Shown one piece after another: positions 9,025 to 17,524 of a stretch of 64,000 nt of DNA. Below the pieces are notes generated by a model. It was not told the DNA's origin, did no database searches, and was given only the letters and a program-made list of their open reading frames with translations. A program made the translations under genes and the position numbers. Position 1 is the first letter of the stretch; the number at the start of each line of letters is the position of its first letter. Source of the stretch: Alphaproteobacteria bacterium (GTDB taxonomy: Bacteria; Pseudomonadota; Alphaproteobacteria; CALKHQ01); assembly GCA_965227515.1 (NCBI GenBank), contig CBDDFZ010000001.1, forward strand, positions 2,528,001-2,592,000, written 5' to 3'.

Positions 9025-10422
9025 ATGCTAGCAACCACGCGCAGACGACTGGTCGGTGCCTCGATGGTCGGGGCTGGTGCGGTGCTCTCCGGCCTGGGCC
9101 GCCATGCGGCCGCCGCGGAGATCAGAACCAAGGGACATATCATGCTCGATAACGTGAACGGCCCCAGCAAGGGGCTGGTGGAGGCGGCGCATTTTCCGTT
9201 GATCGAGGCCATTCATGGCCGCCGGTCGCGCCGCTTCGCCCGTGGCAACGCTATCCCGTCGGGACCGTTGGCCTACACCTCCAAGCATGCGCCGGCAGCG
9301 CTGAGCGAGCTGGAGCAGATGCTGCTGCTCACCACGGTGGCCGGCAACACGGGCTGGACCAACCTGATCCCGCACAACCGGCTCTACCAGCCGCACCTGC
9401 CCAACTATGCCGGGGCGGCGGGCGGGCGCACGTTTCCGTCGGCGGCCGGGTTCCACACGTCGGACATCTTCTTCACCGACGACAATGGCACCTATTACAT
9501 GCCGACGCGCGACATGCCGTCGGTGGTGCCGCAGGACGGCCAGACCGACATGCAGGCGTACCTGGATGCGCACCGGTCGCGCATCGTCAAGCTGGCCGAC
9601 GGGCGGCTGAACGTGCCGCGCACGCCGAACCACATGGAGATGCACAACGAATGGTGCGCGAACGTGCCCGGCAGCACGCTGATCGTGCCGGTGGCCGATC
9701 TGGCTCAGCACATGATCCTGGTGCTGGCCTATCTGGTGCAGAACGGGGCGTGCATCTACGACGACGTCAACGACCGTCCGGTGCCGGGCATGGAGAAGTT
9801 CTCCAGCCTGGTCGATGTGGAGAACCCGTTTCCGTTGGCCTATGTCGAGCAGCTCAGCCTGACCGAGGTGACGGTGGAGACGTCCACGGCCTGCTATGCC
9901 GGCGCGCTGATGCTGCAGGCGATGGGCGTGGGCGGCTGGATGTACGACGGCATCAACCCGTTCAGCGTGCTCGGCGCCAGCGGCGATCCGGACGTGCCGG
10001 GGCTCGGCTTCCGCTACGACATGCTGCCGGGCAACCCGCTTCCGCACATCACCGGGCGCGACGGCGTGTTCGAGGGGCATTGCCCGCCGCATTTCCCCGA
10101 CATGCGCGCCGCGGTGGAAGCGGTGATCGCGCGCAAGTTCGGGCCGGGCGGGCCGTTCAACGCCGACACGGGCGGTCCCTACAAGGACAATGCCGCCGTC
10201 CGGTCGAGCGCTGCACCGATGAACGAGGCGTTCGTGGATTGCGTCGCCACCATGGCCACGTACATCTACGAGGAGTTCGGGCGTTTCCCGGCAACGGTGC
10301 CGGCGATCTTCGTGCTGATGTACCTGCAGGCGCACCAGCTCGACACCGAGTTCTACGACACCTATTTCGGGCCCGGTGCCTATCTGCGGACCCATGCCGA
10401 GCACGACCGCAACTGGGCCTGA
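9025..10422 (+). CDS. Nitroreductase-superfamily-like flavoprotein with Tat-like signal peptide
   Basis: EAIHGRRSRRF and RTFPSAAG resemble nitroreductase FMN-binding motifs; LMLQAMGVGGW; N-terminal TRRRLV...AAA-AE; alternative start at 9142. Confidence 0.6.
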   Translation: MLATTRRRLVGASMVGAGAVLSGLGRHAAAAEIRTKGHIMLDNVNGPSKGLVEAAHFPLIEAIHGRRSRRFARGNAIPSGPLAYTSKHAPAALSELEQMLLLTTVAGNTGWTNLIPHNRLYQPHLPNYAGAAGGRTFPSAAGFHTSDIFFTDDNGTYYMPTRDMPSVVPQDGQTDMQAYLDAHRSRIVKLADGRLNVPRTPNHMEMHNEWCANVPGSTLIVPVADLAQHMILVLAYLVQNGACIYDDVNDRPVPGMEKFSSLVDVENPFPLAYVEQLSLTEVTVETSTACYAGALMLQAMGVGGWMYDGINPFSVLGASGDPDVPGLGFRYDMLPGNPLPHITGRDGVFEGHCPPHFPDMRAAVEAVIARKFGPGGPFNADTGGPYKDNAAVRSSAAPMNEAFVDCVATMATYIYEEFGRFPATVPAIFVLMYLQAHQLDTEFYDTYFGPGAYLRTHAEHDRNWA

Positions 10423-10442
10423 GCCCCGATAACACCAACATG

Positions 10443-10471
10443 GAAACGGCCGCCGCACGGTGGCCGTTTTC
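10443..10471 (+). terminator. Probable intrinsic terminator
   Basis: gaaacggccgcc-gcac-ggtggccgttttc stem-loop just after the stop at 10422. Confidence 0.65.
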
Positions 10472-10511
10472 GTGTGCAAGAAACGATTGCCAGCCGATGG
10501 CTGGGAAAGTA

Positions 10512-10526
10512 CTTTGCATTACAAAC
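10512..10526. promoter_or_regulatory. Operator-like palindrome, copy 1 (CTTTGcattaCAAAc)
   Basis: AT-rich inverted repeat 18 bp before ATG 10545; near-identical to 11905-11919. Confidence 0.65.
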
Positions 10527-10544
10527 TTGATCGGCGAGGGGTCG

Positions 10545-11195
10545 ATGACCGAACTGGAACGGGCGCTGAGCGACATCCGCGAGATGCGGGCGCAGATGGC
10601 GCGGGGTGCGGCCTTCAAGGGCTATGGGCCGGTGGCGTTCGGCGCCACCGCTGCGATCGCGCTGTTGGCGGCCGTTGCGCAGTGGCTGTTCCTGGACGAC
10701 CCCGCGGCGATCTCCGACATCCACGTCGGTGCCGCGTTCGTGCGCACCTACATGGTGCTGTGGGGCGGTGCCGGCATCCTGGCCGCCGCGATCATCGGCG
10801 CGGAGGTCGTGCTGCGCGCGCATCGCGAGCATGTGGGCCTGGCCGACGACATGATCCGGGCCGCCGCCTGGCAGATGCTGCCGGCGCTGATCGCCGGCGT
10901 GTTGCTGACCGGCGTGCTGCTGGCCTATGCGCCGCTGTCGCTGTGGCTGCTGCCGGGCCTGTGGCAGATCCTGGTCAGCCTGGGCGTGTTCGCATCGCGG
11001 CAGTCGCTGCCGGCGCCGTTCGTGGCCGTGGGCTTCTGGTACATGGCGACCGGGCTCGGCTGCATGGCGCTGGCTCAGGGGCCAGAGGCGTTCTCGCCCT
11101 GGGTGATGGGGCTGCCGTTCGTGCTGGGGCAGGCGATGGCCGCGGTGCTTATTCATCGAGGTGAGGGAACCAACGGGAGTTTGCGACATGGCTGA
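10545..11195 (+). CDS. Polytopic membrane protein of unknown function
   Basis: MTELERALSDIREMRAQMARG..FKGYGP then about 6 TM helices; overlaps the start of the next gene. Confidence 0.75.
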   Translation: MTELERALSDIREMRAQMARGAAFKGYGPVAFGATAAIALLAAVAQWLFLDDPAAISDIHVGAAFVRTYMVLWGGAGILAAAIIGAEVVLRAHREHVGLADDMIRAAAWQMLPALIAGVLLTGVLLAYAPLSLWLLPGLWQILVSLGVFASRQSLPAPFVAVGFWYMATGLGCMALAQGPEAFSPWVMGLPFVLGQAMAAVLIHRGEGTNGSLRHG

Positions 11196-11583
11196 GGGGG
11201 CCGGGAACAGCGGCCGCTTCGCCTATGACGGCCTCGACCGGGTGATGCACGAGAAGGCGCGGCTCGGCCTGCTGACGTCGCTGGTGCCGCATCGCGATGG
11301 GCTGACGTTCGGCGACCTGAAGCGGTTGTGCGACCTCACTGACGGTAACCTCAGCCGGCATCTCGCGGTGCTGGAGGAGGCGGGGTTGGTCGCTATCGAC
11401 AAGTCGTTCGTGAACAACCGGCCGCAGACCCGCTGCCGGATGACGGACGAGGGCCGCGCGCGCTTCGCGGAGTATCTGGCCGTGCTGGAACAGGTGGTGC
11501 GCGACGCGGTGGCCTCGGAAAAGGCGGCGGGCGCAGCGGCGGAGGACGACGAGGATCCGGGCGGGGCACTGGCCCCGGCCTGA
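11188..11583 (+). CDS. Winged-helix transcriptional regulator (ArsR/MarR-like, HTH_34 type)
   Basis: LDRVMHEKARLGLLTSL...TFGDLKRLCDLTDGNLSRHLAVLEEAG...RPQT..RMTDEGR. Confidence 0.88.
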   Translation: MAEGAGNSGRFAYDGLDRVMHEKARLGLLTSLVPHRDGLTFGDLKRLCDLTDGNLSRHLAVLEEAGLVAIDKSFVNNRPQTRCRMTDEGRARFAEYLAVLEQVVRDAVASEKAAGAAAEDDEDPGGALAPA

Positions 11584-11648
11584 GTGCGGCCGCGCCATTT
11601 GGAGATGAACCATCGCTGTCATTTGTTCGACAGAACAACATTCTCGAT

Positions 11649-11792
11649 GTCATGGCCGGGCTTGACCCGGCCATCCACGCGGTTGTTGCGATACGCCGGC
11701 ATCGCCAGAGACAGTCATCATCGGCGTGGATGCGCCCTCGGGCTCGGCCGGAGGACGACCCAAGGACAGGCTTCTCAAGTCCGCGCATGACG
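11649..11792. repeat. Family-2 REP doublet with an insertion in the right arm
   Basis: gtcatggccgggcttgacccggccatccac ... gtggatgcgc[insert]tcaagtccgcgcatgacg. Confidence 0.75.
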
Positions 11793-11904
11793 GATGTGGA
11801 TTGGAGACCGAGTGAGCCATCTGTTCGATAGCTCGTAACGGGTGGTTGGTATCGCGGGTAGTGGGGCGACCAGGGGCACAGTGCGCCTGAATTTCGCCGA
11901 CATG

Positions 11905-11919
11905 CTTTGCAATACAAAG
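11905..11919. promoter_or_regulatory. Operator-like palindrome, copy 2 (CTTTGcaataCAAAG)
   Basis: Perfect CTTTG-N5-CAAAG inverted repeat about 40 bp before ATG 11959. Confidence 0.65.
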
Positions 11920-11958
11920 TTATTGGCATTGATCAAGAGTGTGCTTTGGAGACAGGGA

Positions 11959-13563
11959 ATGAGTGAGGACGTGGAGGCAGGTTCGAACACGACGGTGTAC
12001 GCCAAACAGGAAGCGGACCAGGGCGTGGGGCAAGGCGGCGACAGGCGCCGCTCGCCGCCACGCTTCGGCGGCTGGAAGCGGGTGGCCGCGGTGGTGGCGC
12101 TGGTGGCGCTGGCCGACCTGCTGTTCTTCGCCGCTGCGGGGGTCGGGCTGTCGGCCGCGGTGTTTCTGCTGGCGCTCGTGACCGGTACGGCGGCGCTCAA
12201 TCGAGGCCAACTCGGTGAGCGCACCACCTGGGGGGCGATGGTGCTGCTGGCGGTAGCACTTGTGCCGGTGATCTATGGCGGTTCGGTCAGCGCCATCGTC
12301 ATCGCTGGGTTTGCGGCGGCGCACCTCGCGCTATGCCTCGCCCGGGTCGCCACGGGCGATGCGGTGCGGGACGCGCTGCGCGCGATCGGGCTGGCGTTTG
12401 CCGGGCCGGTGATGCCGCTCATCCATATGATCCGGCTGCATGTGGCACGAGCGCGCGGCGGTTGGCTGCGCGGCGGCCGGTTTGGCCGGCTGTCGCTTGC
12501 CGCCTGGCTGGTGCCGCTGGTGCTCGGCACGCTCTTTGTGCTGCTGTTCCGCGAGGCCAACCCGATGATCGAGGCGTGGCTGGCCGACCTCAGCCCCGGC
12601 TCGCTGCTGCGCGAGATAGACTTTGGCCGGGTGTTGCTTTGGGGCTTCTGCGGCATGGTTGCGTGGCCGTTCGTGCATGCGCGCCTGTTTCGGGGTCGCG
12701 CGGCGTGGCGGGCCGGCAAGGTGCGGGGCGCCATCTTCGGCGCGATGGCGATGCGGCCGACGGGTGCGGCGCTGCAACTGGAAACCAGCATGTTCGGGCC
12801 GAGCGTCATCCTGCGCTCGCTGGTGCTGTTCAATCTGCTGTTCGGCGTGCAGACGGTGCTGGACCTCGCCTATCTGTGGGGCGGTGCCGCGCTGCCCGAC
12901 GGCATGAGCTATGCGGAATATGCCCATCGCGGCGCCTATCCGCTGATCCTCACCGCGCTGCTCGCCGCCGCCTACGTCGTTGTCGCCATGCGGCCGGGCA
13001 GCGCCAGCGCGCAATCTCCTGCAATCCGCATCGCGGTCTATCTGTGGGTGGCGCAGAACGTGCTGCTTGCGGTCTCGTCGATCCTGCGGCTGGAACTCTA
13101 TGTCGAGGCCTATGCGCTGACCTACCTGCGGGTGGCGGCGTTCGTGTGGATGGGCCTGGTCGCGGCGGGGCTGGTGCTGATCGTTGCGCGGATCGTGTTC
13201 GACCTCTCCACCGGTTGGCTGGTCGGTGCCAATCTGGCAGCCCTGGTGCTGACGCTCTACGTCTGCGGCTTCGTCAACTTCCCCAGTGTCATCGCCAACT
13301 ACAATGTCGACCACAGCCGCGAAGTGTCGGGCGAGGGGCGCCCGTTGGACCTCGGCTACCTGGAGTCCCTCGGGCCGGAGGCGCTGCCGGCACTCGAGCG
13401 GTTCGACGCCGCCACGTCCATTGCCACCGTGTCCGACGGCCGGCAGTCGCGCATCACCGGGGTGCGGATTCGGCTGGTCACGGAATTGGAGGACAGCCTG
13501 GATGACTGGCGCGCTTGGACCGTGCGGCTATTTCTCACCCAAGCCTATGTGGAGGTGCATTAG
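11959..13563 (+). CDS. DUF4173/DUF4153 family polytopic membrane protein
   Basis: LFREANP, LPDGMSYAEYAHRGAYPL, RLELYVEAYALTYLRV, DLGYLESLGPEA motifs; many TM helices. Confidence 0.85.
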   Translation: MSEDVEAGSNTTVYAKQEADQGVGQGGDRRRSPPRFGGWKRVAAVVALVALADLLFFAAAGVGLSAAVFLLALVTGTAALNRGQLGERTTWGAMVLLAVALVPVIYGGSVSAIVIAGFAAAHLALCLARVATGDAVRDALRAIGLAFAGPVMPLIHMIRLHVARARGGWLRGGRFGRLSLAAWLVPLVLGTLFVLLFREANPMIEAWLADLSPGSLLREIDFGRVLLWGFCGMVAWPFVHARLFRGRAAWRAGKVRGAIFGAMAMRPTGAALQLETSMFGPSVILRSLVLFNLLFGVQTVLDLAYLWGGAALPDGMSYAEYAHRGAYPLILTALLAAAYVVVAMRPGSASAQSPAIRIAVYLWVAQNVLLAVSSILRLELYVEAYALTYLRVAAFVWMGLVAAGLVLIVARIVFDLSTGWLVGANLAALVLTLYVCGFVNFPSVIANYNVDHSREVSGEGRPLDLGYLESLGPEALPALERFDAATSIATVSDGRQSRITGVRIRLVTELEDSLDDWRAWTVRLFLTQAYVEVH

Positions 13564-13594
13564 GGGCGACGGCGGCATCGCACCCACGTTGACG

Positions 13595-13678
13595 GTAGCC
13601 CGGATGAAACGTAGTGAAATCCGGGGACATACCTTCGGCTCAAGATCCCCGGATTGCGCTGCGCTCCATCCGGGCTAC
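13595..13678. repeat. Family-3 (GTAG-type) REP doublet
   Basis: gtagcccggatgaaacgtagtgaaatccgggg ... ccccggattgcgctgcgctccatccgggctac; between convergent genes. Confidence 0.85.
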
Positions 13679-13698
13679 GTGTCTGGGCGTCCGATCTG

Positions 13699-14037
13699 TC
13701 AGACGTGAAAACTCTCGCCGCAGCCGCACATGCCCTTGGCATTGGGGTTGGTGAACGAGAATCCGGACTGGAAGGCGTCGGTCTTGTAGTCCATCTCGGT
13801 GCCGAGCAGGAACATCACCGCCTTCGGGTCGATGATGATCTTCACGCCGTGGCTCTCCACCACCTCGTCGTGGGGACCGATCTCCTGCGCGAAGTCCATG
13901 GTGTAGCTGAGGCCCGAGCAGCCCTGGGCCTTGACGCCAATGCGCACGCCCAGTGCCTCGCCGTCATGGCCGTCCAGCATCTCCTGAACGCGCGCGGCGG
14001 CGGCGTCGGTCACCTTGATGGCTGCGGGTCGTTGCAT
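13699..14037 (-). CDS. sufA: A-type Fe-S carrier protein (SufA/IscA)
   Basis: GCSGLSY, GTEMDY, NPNAKGMCGCGESF. Confidence 0.92.
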   Translation of the reverse strand: MQRPAAIKVTDAAAARVQEMLDGHDGEALGVRIGVKAQGCSGLSYTMDFAQEIGPHDEVVESHGVKIIIDPKAVMFLLGTEMDYKTDAFQSGFSFTNPNAKGMCGCGESFHV

Positions 14038-14087
14038 GGATGAGGTTCCGTGGTCCTGAAAGCTTGAGGGCTGGTGCTCAGATAGTG

Positions 14088-14504
14088 TCAGAAGAAGCCG
14101 AGTTCCAGCTTGGCGGCCTCGCTCATCATGTCCGGGGTCCATGGCGGGTCCCAGGTGATCTCAACGTCGACGCCGGTGACGCCGGGCACCTGGCGCACCG
14201 CGGTCTCCACCATGGCCGGCATTTCCTCGGCCACCGGGCAGCCCGGCGAAGTCAGCGTCATGGTCACGTCGATCTGGCCGTCGTCGCCGACGCTGACGTC
14301 GTAGATCAGGCCAAGCTCGTAGATATCGACCGGGATTTCCGGGTCGTAGACGGTCGACAGCGCCTGCACGACGGCGCTTTCGGTCGGCTTGCCGCCGGCC
14401 TGGCTGGCAGCCTGCCCCCCAGCCGGGCCAACCGACCCGTTCTCGGCCGGCGCATCGCCGCCGTCTTCCGGTGTCCAGGCCAGATAGTCCCTGTCCGCAC
14501 CCAC
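14088..14504 (-). CDS. sufT: SUF system Fe-S assembly protein (DUF59/SufT)
   Basis: VYDPEIPVDIYELGLIY, MTLTSPGCP, WDPPWTPDMMSEAAKLELG. Confidence 0.9.
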   Translation of the reverse strand: MGADRDYLAWTPEDGGDAPAENGSVGPAGGQAASQAGGKPTESAVVQALSTVYDPEIPVDIYELGLIYDVSVGDDGQIDVTMTLTSPGCPVAEEMPAMVETAVRQVPGVTGVDVEITWDPPWTPDMMSEAAKLELGFF

Positions 14505-14520
14505 GTTGAACGTCCCCTTG

Positions 14521-14946
14521 CTAGGCCGCTGCGGAGGCGCCGCGCGCGCCGCCCAGCTTCTGCATATGTTTCAGCATCGCCATCATGCCGACCTGGCGCT
14601 GCGTGGTCAGCGCGCCCAGGTTGAGCCGGCGCACGTCGTCCAGGCTCACCTCGCGCAGCTCGTCGGTGGTCAGCCCGCTGAACGAGTCGGTCATCATCGC
14701 CACCAGCCCCTCCACGATCACGGCGTCGCTGTGACCCTTGAAGTAGTGCCGTCCGTCGCGTTCGTCATGCACGATCCAGACTTTCGACATGCAGCCGTGC
14801 ATCAGGTTCTCGTCCACCTGTGCGTCGGAGGGGAATTCCGGGCGGTCGGGCGCCTTGGCCAGGTCGATGATATATTCGAAGCGCATGTCGTCATCCAGCG
14901 CGTCCATCGCCGCGACATGCTCCTGATATTTCTCGGTTTCGGGCAT
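14521..14946 (-). CDS. sufE: Cysteine desulfuration protein SufE
   Basis: RFEYIIDLAK, HGCMSKVW (catalytic Cys), SDAVIVEGL. Confidence 0.88.
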   Translation of the reverse strand: MPETEKYQEHVAAMDALDDDMRFEYIIDLAKAPDRPEFPSDAQVDENLMHGCMSKVWIVHDERDGRHYFKGHSDAVIVEGLVAMMTDSFSGLTTDELREVSLDDVRRLNLGALTTQRQVGMMAMLKHMQKLGGARGASAAA

Positions 14947-14954
14947 GGTCCCTA

Positions 14955-16211
14955 TCAGCTCAGCCGGGTGATCGCCTTGCGGATGGAGGCCGCCAGCGCC
15001 TCCACCTCGTCCAGCGTGTTGTAGAGCCCGAACGACGCGCGCACGGTGGAATCGAGCCCGAAGCGCGCCATCAGCGGCTCGGCGCAATGGTGGCCGACCC
15101 GCACCGCCACGCCGTCGCGGTCCATCAGGGCGGCGAGATCGAGCGAATGCACGCCCTCGACCACGAACGACACGATGGCCGCCTTGTCGGGCCGGGTGCC
15201 CAGGATGCGCAGGCTGTTGATGTCACCAAGCGCGCCCATGGCGGCCTCGCGCAACGAGGCCTCGTGCGCGGCGATGGCCGGGAAGCCGATGGCCTCGACA
15301 TAGTCGATGGCGGCGGCCAGCCCCACAGCCTCGATGATCGCCGGGGTGCCGGCCTCGAAGCGGTGCGGCGGCTCCTTGAAGGTCGAACCGGCGAACGACA
15401 CCTTGTCGATCATCTCGCCGCCGCCCTGGTAGGGCGGCATCGCGTCCAGCAGCGCGCGCTTGCCGTAGAGCACGCCGATACCGGTCGGGCCGTAGAGCTT
15501 GTGGCCGGTAAAGGCATAGAAGTCGACGTCCAGCGCGCGCACGTCGACCTTGCCGTGCGCCACCGCCTGGGCGCCGTCCAGCAGCACCGGCACACCCTTG
15601 GCATGGGCGAGTGCTGCGACCTCGGCCACCAGGTTGACCGTGCCGAGCACGTTGGAGACGTGGGCCACCGCCACCAGCTTGGTGCGCGGCCCAATGAGCG
15701 CGTCCAGGGCATCGAGGTCGAGCGCGCCGTCGTCCAGCACCGGGCAGGGGCGCACCACGGCGCCTTTCTCGGCGGCCACCAGTTGCCACGGCACGATGTT
15801 GGCGTGGTGCTCCATCTCGGAGACCACGATCTCGTCGCCGGGTGCCAGGTTCGGGTGCAGGAAGCTCGCCGCCACCAGGTTGATTGCCTCGGTCGCGTTG
15901 CGGGTGAACACGATCTCGGTGTCGTCGGGCGTGCCCAGGAAGCGCGCCACGGTCTCGCGCGCTGCCTCGAACCGGTCGGTGGCGCGCTGGCTCATGGCGT
16001 GGATGCCGCGATGCACGTTGGCGTAGGCGGTCTCGGTCATCTCGACCATCGCCTGCATCACTTGGCGCGGCTTCTGGGCGGAGGCGCCACTATCCAGGAA
16101 AACCAATGGCTTGCCATAGACTTCCTGAGACAGAATCGGGAAGTCCTGGCGAATGCGCGCGACATCGAACCCGGCGACCCCGGAGGCCTGGGGCTTGGTC
16201 ATCGCTGTCAT
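14955..16211 (-). CDS. sufS: Cysteine desulfurase SufS
   Basis: LDSGASAQKP, NVHRG, EHHAN, TGHKLYGPTG (PLP Lys), RVGHHCA. Confidence 0.96.
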   Translation of the reverse strand: MTAMTKPQASGVAGFDVARIRQDFPILSQEVYGKPLVFLDSGASAQKPRQVMQAMVEMTETAYANVHRGIHAMSQRATDRFEAARETVARFLGTPDDTEIVFTRNATEAINLVAASFLHPNLAPGDEIVVSEMEHHANIVPWQLVAAEKGAVVRPCPVLDDGALDLDALDALIGPRTKLVAVAHVSNVLGTVNLVAEVAALAHAKGVPVLLDGAQAVAHGKVDVRALDVDFYAFTGHKLYGPTGIGVLYGKRALLDAMPPYQGGGEMIDKVSFAGSTFKEPPHRFEAGTPAIIEAVGLAAAIDYVEAIGFPAIAAHEASLREAAMGALGDINSLRILGTRPDKAAIVSFVVEGVHSLDLAALMDRDGVAVRVGHHCAEPLMARFGLDSTVRASFGLYNTLDEVEALAASIRKAITRLS

Positions 16212-17521
16212 GAGCCGGCGTCCAATTTGGCGATCCAGTCGGCGGCCACCGCCGTGAAATGGTCGCGGGTCGGTGTGTGCCCGATGCCGTCCAGCGCCTC
16301 GGCGACGAAGCCCTCCAGCAGCAGCCGGCGCGCCTCGGCGAGTGGGATGCCACGGGCGCGCAGGTAGAACAGGGCGTCGGCGTCGAGCTGGCCGGTGGCG
16401 GCCCCATGGGCGCACTGGACGTCGTCGGCGTGGATGCGCAGCTCAGGCTTGGTGTCGACCTCGGCGCGGTCCGACAGCAGCAACGCGCGGCTATGCTGGC
16501 GCGCGTCGGCGTATTGCGCGTCGGGGGCGACATGAATAGTGCCCTGGAACACGCCACGGGCGCGGCCGTCGAACACGCCGTTATAGGTCTGGCGGCTGGT
16601 GCCGTTCTCGGCCTCGTGGTCGATCAGGTTGGTGGTGTCGAGAACCTGGTTGCCGCGACCCAGCGCGACGCTGGCGATGCCGGCGTGGGCGTGCTTGCCC
16701 TGCTGGGTGATCGCGGTCTCGCCGCGCGCTACCGCAGCACCGGTTGCCAGCACGGTGGCGCGATAGTCCGCGCCACGCTGTTGCCGAACGATGTCGGTCG
16801 CTACGGCGCGGGCCGCATCGCCAAATGCCTGGCAACGGTTCAGATGAAGTGTTGCATCAGTATCGAGAGAGAAAATATTGGTATCATTAGAAAAACAACC
16901 GTCGTCTCGGCTGGAAACCTGGCGCTCGATCAGGCTCAGCCGGGCGTTGGCGCCCAGGCGCACAAGCGCCAACCCGTGGTGCTCGACCGTACCGTCGCCG
17001 ACGTGCAAGATCTCCAACGGTGCCTCGATCTGGGCATTGGCAACGGCGTCGATGACCAGGCCGTCGGCGGCAAGGGCCACGGCAAGGGCCGCCAGCGGGC
17101 GGTCCTCGATCGAGGACCAGGCGTCGTCCAGCAGCGCGCGCACCAAGTCAGGTGCGCGCGTCAAGGCATCGCGCAACCCGGCGACCCGGATACCATCGGG
17201 CAGATCGCCGAGGTCCGAAGCATCGCTGTCCAGCCGGCCGTTGACCAGCACCGCGCGGCCGCAGGTGTCGCCGAGCCGATCCGGCAATTGGCCCGATGCG
17301 ACCGCCTCATCCGCCGGCAGCGTGAGGCCGCTCAGATCGCCGAGGTCGGTGTACTTCCACGCCTCGGTGCGGCGGGTCGGCATGCCATGACGGGCGAACG
17401 CCTCCATCGCCTTCGCGCGACGTTCCACCAGCCAGGGCAGGTCTGTGCCCGGCAGCCGGTCGCGGTAGTCGGCCAGCAGCCGCCCGCGCTCGCTCGCCAA
17501 AGTGTCGGAAGTGGCCGTCAT
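16208..17521 (-). CDS. sufD: Fe-S cluster assembly protein SufD
   Basis: EAWKYT, GVFQGTIHV, ALLLSD.AEVDTKPEL.I.ADDVQCAHGAATG, LFYLRARGI. Confidence 0.93.
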   Translation of the reverse strand: MTATSDTLASERGRLLADYRDRLPGTDLPWLVERRAKAMEAFARHGMPTRRTEAWKYTDLGDLSGLTLPADEAVASGQLPDRLGDTCGRAVLVNGRLDSDASDLGDLPDGIRVAGLRDALTRAPDLVRALLDDAWSSIEDRPLAALAVALAADGLVIDAVANAQIEAPLEILHVGDGTVEHHGLALVRLGANARLSLIERQVSSRDDGCFSNDTNIFSLDTDATLHLNRCQAFGDAARAVATDIVRQQRGADYRATVLATGAAVARGETAITQQGKHAHAGIASVALGRGNQVLDTTNLIDHEAENGTSRQTYNGVFDGRARGVFQGTIHVAPDAQYADARQHSRALLLSDRAEVDTKPELRIHADDVQCAHGAATGQLDADALFYLRARGIPLAEARRLLLEGFVAEALDGIGHTPTRDHFTAVAADWIAKLDAGS

Positions 17522-17524
17522 CGC

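Noticed and set aside
9651-11195. 514-aa ORF spanning the nitroreductase-like gene and the membrane protein
   Set aside because: Crosses a terminator; the real start is 10545 with its own RBS and operator
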